Counted from the stretch's first letter, positions 31,091 to 38,999 are shown. The stretch: 64,000 nucleotides of DNA from Clostridia bacterium (GCA_016297915.1 JAEDFU010000006.1:3618-67617); one strand, 5' to 3'. The notes: generated from the letters alone by a model not told the origin. Program-made: numbers and translations.

Positions 31091-31130
31091 AAAAAAAATA
31101 TCTCAACCAATTTGGATTGAGATATTTTTT
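31091..31130. terminator. bidirectional terminator between miaA (+) and lexA (-)
   Basis: ATATCTCAA..CCAA-t-TTGG..TTGAGATAT hairpin flanked by A8 and T6. Confidence 0.8.
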
Positions 31131-31167
31131 ATACAAAACTGAAGTGTAAACTATCAGCTATATTTAG

Positions 31168-31794
31168 TTAGAACCTTCGAACAAGACCAATAACTTTGCC
31201 AAGTATTTGCACATCATTTACAATAATAGGGGAAAATGCGTCGTTTTCTGGTTGCAATCTATAATGTCCGTCTTCTTTGTAGAATCTCTTGATTGTAGCA
31301 CTGTCCTCAACCAAAGCTGCAACTATATCACCATTATTTGCGCTTGATTGTTGTCTCAAAACAATCTTATCTCCGTCATAGATACCAGCATTTATCATAC
31401 TATCGCCTTTGGCGGTTAGCATAAACAAATTATCGCCTTTAAATAGTGTTTGCGACACCATAAAGTACTCATCGGTTGTTTGAACAGCAAGTATAGGCTC
31501 ACCACATGTTACTGTGCCCAAAATAGGAATACGAGTAAGGGTTTCGTCGCCAGAGGGCTTGATTGTTGAGATTTGTGCAATATCGTTGTCAATAATCTCC
31601 AGAGCCCTATTTTTGTTGGGATTTTTCTTGATTTTGTTGCTATTTTCTAATTTATTTAAGTAATAAAATATTGTACTGGTTGAACTAACTTTTATGGCTT
31701 TGCACATTTCTCTCACTGTTGGAGGGTAGCCATTTTCGTTTTGATAGTTTTTTATATAATTAAATAATTGTTCTTCCTTAGAATATTTTGTCAT
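31168..31794 (-). CDS. lexA: LexA repressor
   Basis: GGAGG RBS. N-terminal wHTH (GYPPTVREMCKAI) and a C-terminal S24 peptidase with Ser (GDSMINAG) and Lys (TIKRFYKE). Confidence 0.93.
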   Translation of the reverse strand: MTKYSKEEQLFNYIKNYQNENGYPPTVREMCKAIKVSSTSTIFYYLNKLENSNKIKKNPNKNRALEIIDNDIAQISTIKPSGDETLTRIPILGTVTCGEPILAVQTTDEYFMVSQTLFKGDNLFMLTAKGDSMINAGIYDGDKIVLRQQSSANNGDIVAALVEDSATIKRFYKEDGHYRLQPENDAFSPIIVNDVQILGKVIGLVRRF

Positions 31795-31814
31795 ACTTCC
31801 TCCATATTTTTGAT

Positions 31815-31854
31815 ATCATAACATATTTTTGAAAGTATGTCAAACAAATGTTCT
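31815..31854 (-). promoter_or_regulatory. lexA promoter (TTGACA - 17 nt - TATGAT) with an overlapping LexA box
   Basis: On the minus strand: AGAACATTTGTTTGACA-17 nt-TATGAT. The box AGAACATTTGTTTG (31841-31854) overlaps the -35 (31838-31843). Confidence 0.7.
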
Positions 31855-31861
31855 AAGTTTT

Positions 31862-32902
31862 TTATCTAAATTTAACTTTTTGTGCAGCGTTACGGCGAAT
31901 ATCGTCCGAAATTGCGGCATAGTGTTTTCGGGTAGTGTTAACATCTTTGTGTCCCAAACAATCTGCTACAACATAGATATCGTTTGTTTCTCTATACAAA
32001 TTTGTACCAAATGTACTACGCAATTTATGTGGCGTTATTTTTTTGAGTGGATTTACTATTCGACTATACTTTTTTACAAGTTTTTCAACGGCTCTAACGG
32101 ATATTCTTTTGTTTTGCAAACTCAAGAATAGGGCGTTTTCACTGCCTGGTTCAGTTTTAATTTTTTTTCGCTCAAGAATGTAATTTTGAAGTGCATCAGA
32201 TACTTCCTCGTTAAAGTAAAGAATTACTCTATTTCCGCCTTTTCTAGTTACTTTAAAGGCATTTTGCTTAAAGTCGAAATCATCCAAGTTGAGTCCTACA
32301 CACTCGGAAATACGGATTCCTGTGCCCAAAAATAATGACAGCATTGCATAATCTCTTGCCTGAGTGTGTTTGTGAAAACCTTGTTGCATTTTGGTCATAT
32401 CTTGACCATTTTCGGCTAAATCTAGCACTTTTCCTACTTCGTCCATTTCTAGTCTAATGATTTGGTCTTCGTGAACCTTTGGAGTATCAATTTTGCTTGC
32501 TATGTTGCTTTTGACAACATCTTTTTTGTAAAAATACTTGAATAATGCTCGTATACTACTAAGCTTTCGGCATCTCGCTTTTTCGCCATTTTTGTAGGTT
32601 TTTCCATTAACTTTGTACAAAGATATGTATTCCAAGAACATTTCTACATGCGTAGAGGTTACTTTGTTTAAGTCCTCGGCGTCAAATTGAAGTATTGGTT
32701 TTTGATAAAATTCTTCTGTTTCATTGACCAAAAAATCAAAAAAAAGCTTGATATCTCGTGCATATCCGAGCCTTGTAAGAGGGGTTGTATACTGTTCTAT
32801 TCCTCTAAAGAATTCTCCACAAAATGCTGGTAAGCCTTTTCGAATTTCTCTTATTTTTAATATATTATCTTCGTCTCTTTTAGTAAAATAATTTTCTTCC
32901 AT
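31862..32902 (-). CDS. tyrosine site-specific recombinase (XerC/D-phage integrase family)
   Basis: GAGGT RBS before the ATG at 32902 (MEENYF). N-terminal SAM-like domain. Catalytic signature is present: R (GTGIRISE), HxxR (HKLRSTFGT), H (LGHKDVNTT) and Y (RKHY). Confidence 0.85.
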   Translation of the reverse strand: MEENYFTKRDEDNILKIREIRKGLPAFCGEFFRGIEQYTTPLTRLGYARDIKLFFDFLVNETEEFYQKPILQFDAEDLNKVTSTHVEMFLEYISLYKVNGKTYKNGEKARCRKLSSIRALFKYFYKKDVVKSNIASKIDTPKVHEDQIIRLEMDEVGKVLDLAENGQDMTKMQQGFHKHTQARDYAMLSLFLGTGIRISECVGLNLDDFDFKQNAFKVTRKGGNRVILYFNEEVSDALQNYILERKKIKTEPGSENALFLSLQNKRISVRAVEKLVKKYSRIVNPLKKITPHKLRSTFGTNLYRETNDIYVVADCLGHKDVNTTRKHYAAISDDIRRNAAQKVKFR

Positions 32903-33085
32903 ATTGACCTCAACTAACAAAATATTTTGCGAATACTTTTAGGTATTGTAGCAATAAAAAAAACTTATGTAAAGCAAATATGTGACAAATAAGCATCAAA
33001 ATAATTTATTTAGTTTCATATTTGCATTTTAATTAAATGACAAATAGTCAATAATGTGCTAAAATGTCTGAAATGGAGGGGTTTT

Positions 33086-33952
33086 ATGTATATAGCAAAT
33101 GAGCTAAAAGTTGTTAATAATAAGCAATATGATGCGGATATTAGAGAGAATGTTCTAGATATATTGTACACATTAATTAGCGACATTATTGCATCAAAAA
33201 GGGCCTTTGATATCTCAGATTTTGATCTTGAGTATTATGACGAATTTGAATTAAAAACCAATTGTCACGAAGATATTTTTAATACGATTTATATAAGTAT
33301 CAATCAACCTAGTAATTACAAACCGCTCAAAAAAATACCAAAGGACAAAGATAAAATTATATTTCCAGAACTTTATTATACTCTTGATGAGTTCAAAAAA
33401 GATTTGCATGCTGAGTTTGTTGCAAATCTAGACAGTAACAATATCATTTGGATGGATGAGTATTCGGTATGTCTCAAAGCCACAGTCAACAAAGACGACG
33501 CCCAATACGATTATTATTTTAAGATGATTCCATGCTTGACATATTACAACCAAAATAATGTCAAAGGGCAAATGTATCAAAAGAATGGCGGTATCGAAAT
33601 TGAGTACATTGACCTTGCCAAAGATAATTTCAAAAAGAAAAATGATTTAACCGACGACTTATTTAGACAAACAATTTTGATATACAAAAACCTTTTGCTC
33701 AAAGAAAAGAATATTACAACTCTGCCACGAGAAATAATTGAGACCTTTGTCTATAATGTTCCAAACGATATGTTTGTAGATGATAGTAAGCGCACCATGA
33801 TAAACATAGTAAACTATATTCGAAACAACTCTATCAAACTATTCAAAACAATTGATGAACAAGATTATGCTTTTACATCTCAGTATAGATCAATGTCGCC
33901 AATATATGTTAGACACATAACCAAAGTTTTGGAAAAACAAATCATCAAATAA
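33086..33952 (+). CDS. hypothetical protein, possibly a catalytically inactive nucleotidyltransferase-fold (cGAS/SMODS-like) protein
   Basis: GGAGGGG RBS and an extended -10 (TGcTAAAAT at 33056-33064) place the start at ATG 33086. The C-terminal motif LPREIIETFVYNVPNDMF resembles the helical motif of MNT/SMODS-type NTases. The expected GS and DxD residues are not visible. Confidence 0.55.
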   Translation: MYIANELKVVNNKQYDADIRENVLDILYTLISDIIASKRAFDISDFDLEYYDEFELKTNCHEDIFNTIYISINQPSNYKPLKKIPKDKDKIIFPELYYTLDEFKKDLHAEFVANLDSNNIIWMDEYSVCLKATVNKDDAQYDYYFKMIPCLTYYNQNNVKGQMYQKNGGIEIEYIDLAKDNFKKKNDLTDDLFRQTILIYKNLLLKEKNITTLPREIIETFVYNVPNDMFVDDSKRTMINIVNYIRNNSIKLFKTIDEQDYAFTSQYRSMSPIYVRHITKVLEKQIIK

Positions 33953-33962
33953 TTAAATTTAT

Positions 33963-33994
33963 AATGCTATGCAAACTAATGTATAGCATTTTTT
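33963..33994 (+). terminator. weak rho-independent terminator after the 33086-33952 gene
   Basis: AATGCTAT-(12 nt)-ATAGCATT 8-bp stem followed by a T-run. Confidence 0.45.
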
Positions 33995-34244
33995 GGTGCT
34001 ATGCAAACAGGTACTATGCAAATATATAAACACTCAAAAAATCGGTTTTCTGCTGGATTTTTTGATAATTGCATAATAAATCATTTATTATGTCTGATAA
34101 TTATAATATCAAACTTACTAGCATTTACAATTCAACCCCAAACCAACCAACATATATACCCAAAACTATTCGCAAAAGTTGTCTTTTGCGAATAGTTTCT
34201 AGATACAGAAGTAACATTAGTTACGAAATTTAGCCATTAATTTT

Positions 34245-34282
34245 TAAATAAAAAATCGCAAGAATATGTGAGTATTCTTGCG
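34245..34282 (-). terminator. rho-independent terminator of the DUF45 metallopeptidase gene
   Basis: CGCAAGAATA-(6 nt)-TATTCTTGCG perfect 10-bp stem. On the minus strand it is followed by ATTTTTTATTT. Confidence 0.75.
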
Positions 34283-34357
34283 TTAGGTTTTGTTATTTTG
34301 CTCTTCCCTATTTGATAATGGATGTGGTTATGTTTTGTTTGTGATAGTAAAAAGTCA

Positions 34358-35020
34358 TTATCTAAAAAGTTTGAGGACATAGTCATAGTCTTTGAGGACT
34401 TTTTGTTGGACTTTGTATGTAGGCATAATTGTTTGGATAATTTTGTAAAAGTCTTTGGAGTGATTAAATTCGAGTATGTGTGCTAGTTCGTGTATTAGTA
34501 CAAAATCTATTGCTCTATGTGGTAGCATTACAAGTCTAAAGTTTAGTTTGATATTATGATAATTGTCGCAACTGCCCCACCTTGTTTTGCTATTGCAGAT
34601 ACTTACACTTGCATAGTCTATTTGCATTATGTTAGCAAAGTACTCAAGGCGTTCTTTCAAAATTTTGGTCGCTTGGGCTATATACCACTTTTTGATTTTA
34701 AATAAAACATTATCACTATCTGGAACCATGAGTGCATTTTGAGATAGCTCAATTTTTTTTAGACCATTAACTCTTTGTATATTATACTTAGTTCCCAAAA
34801 ACAAAATTTGATTGTAATCAAGGATAACTTTGTTGATGCTGAGTTTTCGTTCAATCTCTTGTTGTTTGGATACAATCCATTTTTCCTTTTCGGAAATATA
34901 TTTAAGTATATCGTTCATATTCATTCTAGTTGGGGCATGTACAACTAGATTGCCGTCTTTGGTTATTGTCAAACACAAACTTCGTCTATGAGTTCTAACT
35001 ATTAGGTCTGGCGTGACCAT
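34358..35020 (-). CDS. YgjP-like/DUF45 (SprT/WLM-like) zinc metallopeptidase
   Basis: GGAGG RBS. HExxH motif in the typical family context (FVLIHELAHILEFNHSKDFYKII). 220 aa. Confidence 0.8.
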   Translation of the reverse strand: MVTPDLIVRTHRRSLCLTITKDGNLVVHAPTRMNMNDILKYISEKEKWIVSKQQEIERKLSINKVILDYNQILFLGTKYNIQRVNGLKKIELSQNALMVPDSDNVLFKIKKWYIAQATKILKERLEYFANIMQIDYASVSICNSKTRWGSCDNYHNIKLNFRLVMLPHRAIDFVLIHELAHILEFNHSKDFYKIIQTIMPTYKVQQKVLKDYDYVLKLFR

Positions 35021-35237
35021 GTTTTACCTCCAATAAAATTTTGGACAATTAACTAGTCTTAATTGCATCAAAATAATGTCATGCATAGTATAGCAAATTG
35101 AGTTTTTTCAAGCAAATATTATCACCTAAATATTGTCGAATTTCGTACATTGCATAGTATTTTGTTTGACTAAAATTGTATTATAATATAAGATATTAAT
35201 GTATGATTATAGTCTTAAATTTGTTTAGGGAGAATTT

Positions 35238-37085
35238 ATGGCAAAAAAGAAAAGAAAAAAAATAGCCTCAAGAGGCTCTGTAAACGATATAATTTTGAAA
35301 ACTTTGGTCGGTGGCGATAAATACGGCTATGAGATTATCAAAGAAGTTGAGAATTATTCTGACGGCAAAATAATCTTAAAACAACCAAGTCTATATAGCA
35401 GTTTGACTCGCTTTGAAGAAAAAGGATATGTTAGTTCATATTGGGGAGATAGCGACATTGGTGGCAGGAGACATTATTATCATTTGACCGAAATGGGACA
35501 AAACTACTATGATAGCCAAATCAAGTCCAAAGAAGTAGACAAACTAAAGTCAACTACGAATGTTCCAGTATCTAACGCTATTTTGAAATCAAGCCCTTCT
35601 ACTTTGGAAGTAACTACAAATGAATCGAGTGATGTTTTGGAGTCTCCTACAAACACTACAGATACAATAGTTGAGGTTACTCAGACCACTCCTCCAGATC
35701 TTCCGAGCGAGCAAATTCTTGAAGAAGTTGATATCCCTGCTTTTGTGGATTTTGAACAGAAAGATGAAAACCCTCAAGAGATTGTGTTTGATCATAACTT
35801 TCATGCAAACACCCCTATTGAGCAAGAAATTGAGGAAAAAGAAAATAATAGCGACAACTCCACCTCTAATATTGCAGAAAGTGTAAATATCTTGGATACT
35901 CAAAGTCAAGAGAAACAAAATGGAGATGAGGTTTGGCAAAAACTATCTGACTTAACAAAGATTAACAATAAAAAATGTGCTAATTCTAGCAATAGACGAT
36001 TACATTATATTCGACCAAAAAAATCTCAAAAAGTAATCCTTGATGTTGACGGAATATACAAATTGCGTGATGCAGATTATGTTCCAAAAAAGTCTACAAG
36101 TAGCACAAAAATTATTGATAATGTGGGCAAGCGTATTGAAAACAAAAATATGGGATATGCTGAGTACACCAAGACCCAAACAAGACATCAAGAATTAACA
36201 GAAGAAGAAAGGCGTCTTAGAAACGAAAATTTTCTCGCCAAGTTTAACTCCCTAACTAAAACTAGACTAAAACCTGTTGAGCCACCAAAACCTGAACCAA
36301 AAGTCGAGCAGAAAGAAATCGACTATAGATCAAAACTTGATATATTCCAAAATTCTTTTGACGAACCCGAAGTAATTAGTACACCTGAACCACAACCTCA
36401 AAACAATTTGTTTAATTACATTGAGGACGATCAAGAACCTCAAGTGACTCCTACTGTGGCTCCTACTTTTGATAATTCGAATGTTATCGAAGATGAAGAT
36501 GACAAATTTATAGACTTTGATCCTGTAGATTTCGAAACAAAACCAGATGATAGTAAGTATGTCGAAGAGATTTCAAACTTTCAACCACGACAAGACAACC
36601 TAAAGATTAGCAAATACCAAAGCAGAACCGATGCAATTCTTACTGACAAAACTTATGTTTTGATAAACAAAGTAAAATGTTTGTTTGGATTTGTTCTAAT
36701 GCTTATGATGATTACAGAGGTTACAATTAGTCTATTTGTATTCAAAAAATACGATGTGATTGGTGCTAATGACAAGACACTTCTTATACTTGCTTATGTA
36801 ATTAGTGCTATAGTTTCGTTGTGTTTTATGTTACCGACAGTATTTAATCCAAATGAGCACAAAATCAATAATTTTAAACTGAAATATGCAATGATTTTTG
36901 GAATTTTGACATTCCTTGTATCAATCGTTTTGGTTTATTGTATTAATTCACTTGTTGGTTTTGAGCTAGATAACTTTAAGTACTTTGCTGTCAAAATGAT
37001 ACTTCCACTAGTTCTTACATTTAATTTTGTTATTGCCCCACCTATTTATGGAGCAATAATCAAATCCAAAAAATTCTACGATTAG
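35238..37085 (+). CDS. PadR-family winged-helix DNA-binding domain fused to a long disordered linker and a C-terminal 4-TM membrane anchor
   Basis: AGGGAG RBS. N-terminus ILKTLVGGDKYGYEIIKEV...SLYSSLTRFEEKGYVSSYW...RRHYYHLTEMG matches the PadR wHTH. About 380 aa of acidic/Pro/Thr/Asn-rich low complexity follows. Four hydrophobic helices occupy the last ~140 aa. Confidence 0.75.
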   Translation: MAKKKRKKIASRGSVNDIILKTLVGGDKYGYEIIKEVENYSDGKIILKQPSLYSSLTRFEEKGYVSSYWGDSDIGGRRHYYHLTEMGQNYYDSQIKSKEVDKLKSTTNVPVSNAILKSSPSTLEVTTNESSDVLESPTNTTDTIVEVTQTTPPDLPSEQILEEVDIPAFVDFEQKDENPQEIVFDHNFHANTPIEQEIEEKENNSDNSTSNIAESVNILDTQSQEKQNGDEVWQKLSDLTKINNKKCANSSNRRLHYIRPKKSQKVILDVDGIYKLRDADYVPKKSTSSTKIIDNVGKRIENKNMGYAEYTKTQTRHQELTEEERRLRNENFLAKFNSLTKTRLKPVEPPKPEPKVEQKEIDYRSKLDIFQNSFDEPEVISTPEPQPQNNLFNYIEDDQEPQVTPTVAPTFDNSNVIEDEDDKFIDFDPVDFETKPDDSKYVEEISNFQPRQDNLKISKYQSRTDAILTDKTYVLINKVKCLFGFVLMLMMITEVTISLFVFKKYDVIGANDKTLLILAYVISAIVSLCFMLPTVFNPNEHKINNFKLKYAMIFGILTFLVSIVLVYCINSLVGFELDNFKYFAVKMILPLVLTFNFVIAPPIYGAIIKSKKFYD

Positions 37086-37978
37086 AGAGATTTTAGTTGT
37101 TTATTGTGCTTGTCTCTGCGCTTAAATAATTTATTCAAAACAAAGTTTTGCATTCGCTCTTGATATCTATAGGTTAAAAAAACAGTTATAACAACAACAA
37201 CTAATAGTGCTACCCAAACATATATCCCCCAACCTGTAAATGGAATTATATAACCACTACCAAAGTATGACATACATATGACTCCAATTGGTCTAGTGAT
37301 AGCTGTAACAATTGCAAATGTTTTGAATTTCATGTTGGTAATTCCTGCAATCAAACACAAGATGTCATCAGGAAACATTGGAAGCAAAAATGCTATTGCC
37401 AAAAAGAATGCTCCACGCTTGCGAATGATTTGTGAGTACTTGTCGGTGTTTTCCTTGCCGGCAATCCAAGCAACTATTTTGTAACCAAAAGTTTTGCCAA
37501 TTATAAATGAGATAAACGACCCAATAAGAATACCAATTGAGCAATATAGCCCGCCAAGCAGTGGCCCATAAATTAGACTACCTACAACGCAAATAATTGC
37601 TGCAGGCACTGGCAAAATTACCACTTGAGCTGCTTGAATAAGAATATAAATATATACTCCCTTGCTCTTGAGTGATAATATGTAATTCTTAAGACTTTCA
37701 ACCGAAGAAATTGTTGTTATTATGTTGAGCTTAAAGAGAATTGCATATACAATTACTCCAAGAGATATAGTTAAGTACAAGACAAAAATGGTTTTGCTAG
37801 TTTTTTGATAGCCAAGCCATTTGAATACTATAGACAAAAAGTAAATTATATTAGCACCTACCAAGATTATAGTTTTTAAAAATTTGGGAATGGTCGGAAT
37901 ATTTACAAATGTTAAGCATACAAAAAGAGCTGTCAAAATTAATGAATTAAATATAAATAATAATATTTTTTTGGTCAT
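37082..37978 (-). CDS. TVP38/TMEM64 (DedA/SNARE-associated) family membrane protein
   Basis: AGGTGA RBS before the ATG at 37978 (MTKKILLF). Multi-TM protein with the family core (PVPAAIICVVGSLIYGPLLGGLY...IGSFISFIIGKTFG). The upstream ATG at 38020 lacks an RBS. Confidence 0.8.
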   Translation of the reverse strand: MTKKILLFIFNSLILTALFVCLTFVNIPTIPKFLKTIILVGANIIYFLSIVFKWLGYQKTSKTIFVLYLTISLGVIVYAILFKLNIITTISSVESLKNYILSLKSKGVYIYILIQAAQVVILPVPAAIICVVGSLIYGPLLGGLYCSIGILIGSFISFIIGKTFGYKIVAWIAGKENTDKYSQIIRKRGAFFLAIAFLLPMFPDDILCLIAGITNMKFKTFAIVTAITRPIGVICMSYFGSGYIIPFTGWGIYVWVALLVVVVITVFLTYRYQERMQNFVLNKLFKRRDKHNKQLKSL

Positions 37979-38063
37979 AATCACCTGCTGAAAATAATCT
38001 AATAATAGTATATTGCTCATGCAAATTGATTATAACTAAATGGAATGGAAAAGGAGAAAAATA

Positions 38064-38999
38064 TTGAAAGTTGTACTAGATGTAACCAATGTCACCAAGG
38101 CATTTGGCAATAGAGTAGCGGTTAACAACATTTCTTTTACTTTGCACGAAGGCGAAATATTTGGATTTTTGGGCCCTAATGGTGCAGGCAAAACAACCAC
38201 AATGAAAATGATTTGTGGTCTTTGTAGCATTACAAAAGGCTCTATTAGAATTTGCGGATTTGATATGCCTAAGGACAAAGAAAAAGCTCTTGCGAATGTG
38301 GGTGCTCTTATTGAAAATCCCCTAATGTACCCTAATATGTCTGGAATGGATAATCTTAAGTATTACGCAAGTTTATACAAAAATATTAAGACCGAAGATA
38401 TACTTAAGTACTCCAAAGTCGTAGGTCTTGAACATAGACTCAAAGACAAAGTTAAAACATATTCTCTAGGAATGAAACAAAGACTTGGAATTGCACAAGC
38501 CTTGCTACACTCGCCTAAACTTCTTATTTTGGATGAGCCACTTAGTGGTCTTGACCCTAATGGTGTCAAGGAGATGAGAGATTTTCTCAAAACTCTTGCC
38601 AAAGAGTATAACATTGCAATACTTATTTCTAGCCATATGCTTAGCGACATGGAGCAGATTTGCGACACTATTGGAATTATTAATAATGGGCAATTGCTCG
38701 AAATTAGATCAATGAATTCACTCAAAGAAAGTGCCGAAGGCTCAAGCAGAATTCAAATAAAAGTTGACTACCCTAACTTTGCAGGAAAAATTATAGTAAA
38801 CGAATTGCAACTAAAATGCGAACTTGCAGGTAACAAAGTACTAGTATTTGCTGACGAAAGCAGAATTAATGACATTACTCAAAAATTGGTTGGTTATGGA
38901 ATATCTATATTTGGCATAGAGATTGTGTCTAAGTCTTTGGAAGAGATTTTCTTGGATATCATCAATCTAAAAACCAAAGGCAAAACGAGTATAGTTTAA
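38064..38999 (+). CDS. ABC transporter ATP-binding protein (ABC-2/drug-exporter type)
   Basis: AAGGAG at 38050-38055 is followed by a TTG at 38064 (the alternative ATG at 38040 has no RBS). Walker A GPNGAGKTT, signature YSLGMKQR, and Walker B LLILDEP. Confidence 0.88.
   Translation: MKVVLDVTNVTKAFGNRVAVNNISFTLHEGEIFGFLGPNGAGKTTTMKMICGLCSITKGSIRICGFDMPKDKEKALANVGALIENPLMYPNMSGMDNLKYYASLYKNIKTEDILKYSKVVGLEHRLKDKVKTYSLGMKQRLGIAQALLHSPKLLILDEPLSGLDPNGVKEMRDFLKTLAKEYNIAILISSHMLSDMEQICDTIGIINNGQLLEIRSMNSLKESAEGSSRIQIKVDYPNFAGKIIVNELQLKCELAGNKVLVFADESRINDITQKLVGYGISIFGIEIVSKSLEEIFLDIINLKTKGKTSIV

Noticed and set aside
32903-33085. 9-bp inverted repeat GCAAATATG ... CATATTTGC and direct repeat GACAAATA (x2) in the divergent region between the recombinase and the NTase-like gene, considered as a possible att or operator site.
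   Set aside because: These are short, AT-rich and unsupported by a second copy elsewhere in the window. They are plausibly ordinary promoter-region symmetry, so they are not promoted to a finding.
34001-34195. 64-codon ORF in the structured gap (MQTGTMQIYKHSKNRF...).
   Set aside because: There is no Shine-Dalgarno sequence, the start lies inside the repeated CTATGCAAA motifs, and the sequence looks like translated non-coding DNA. The region is treated as non-coding (see the sRNA finding).
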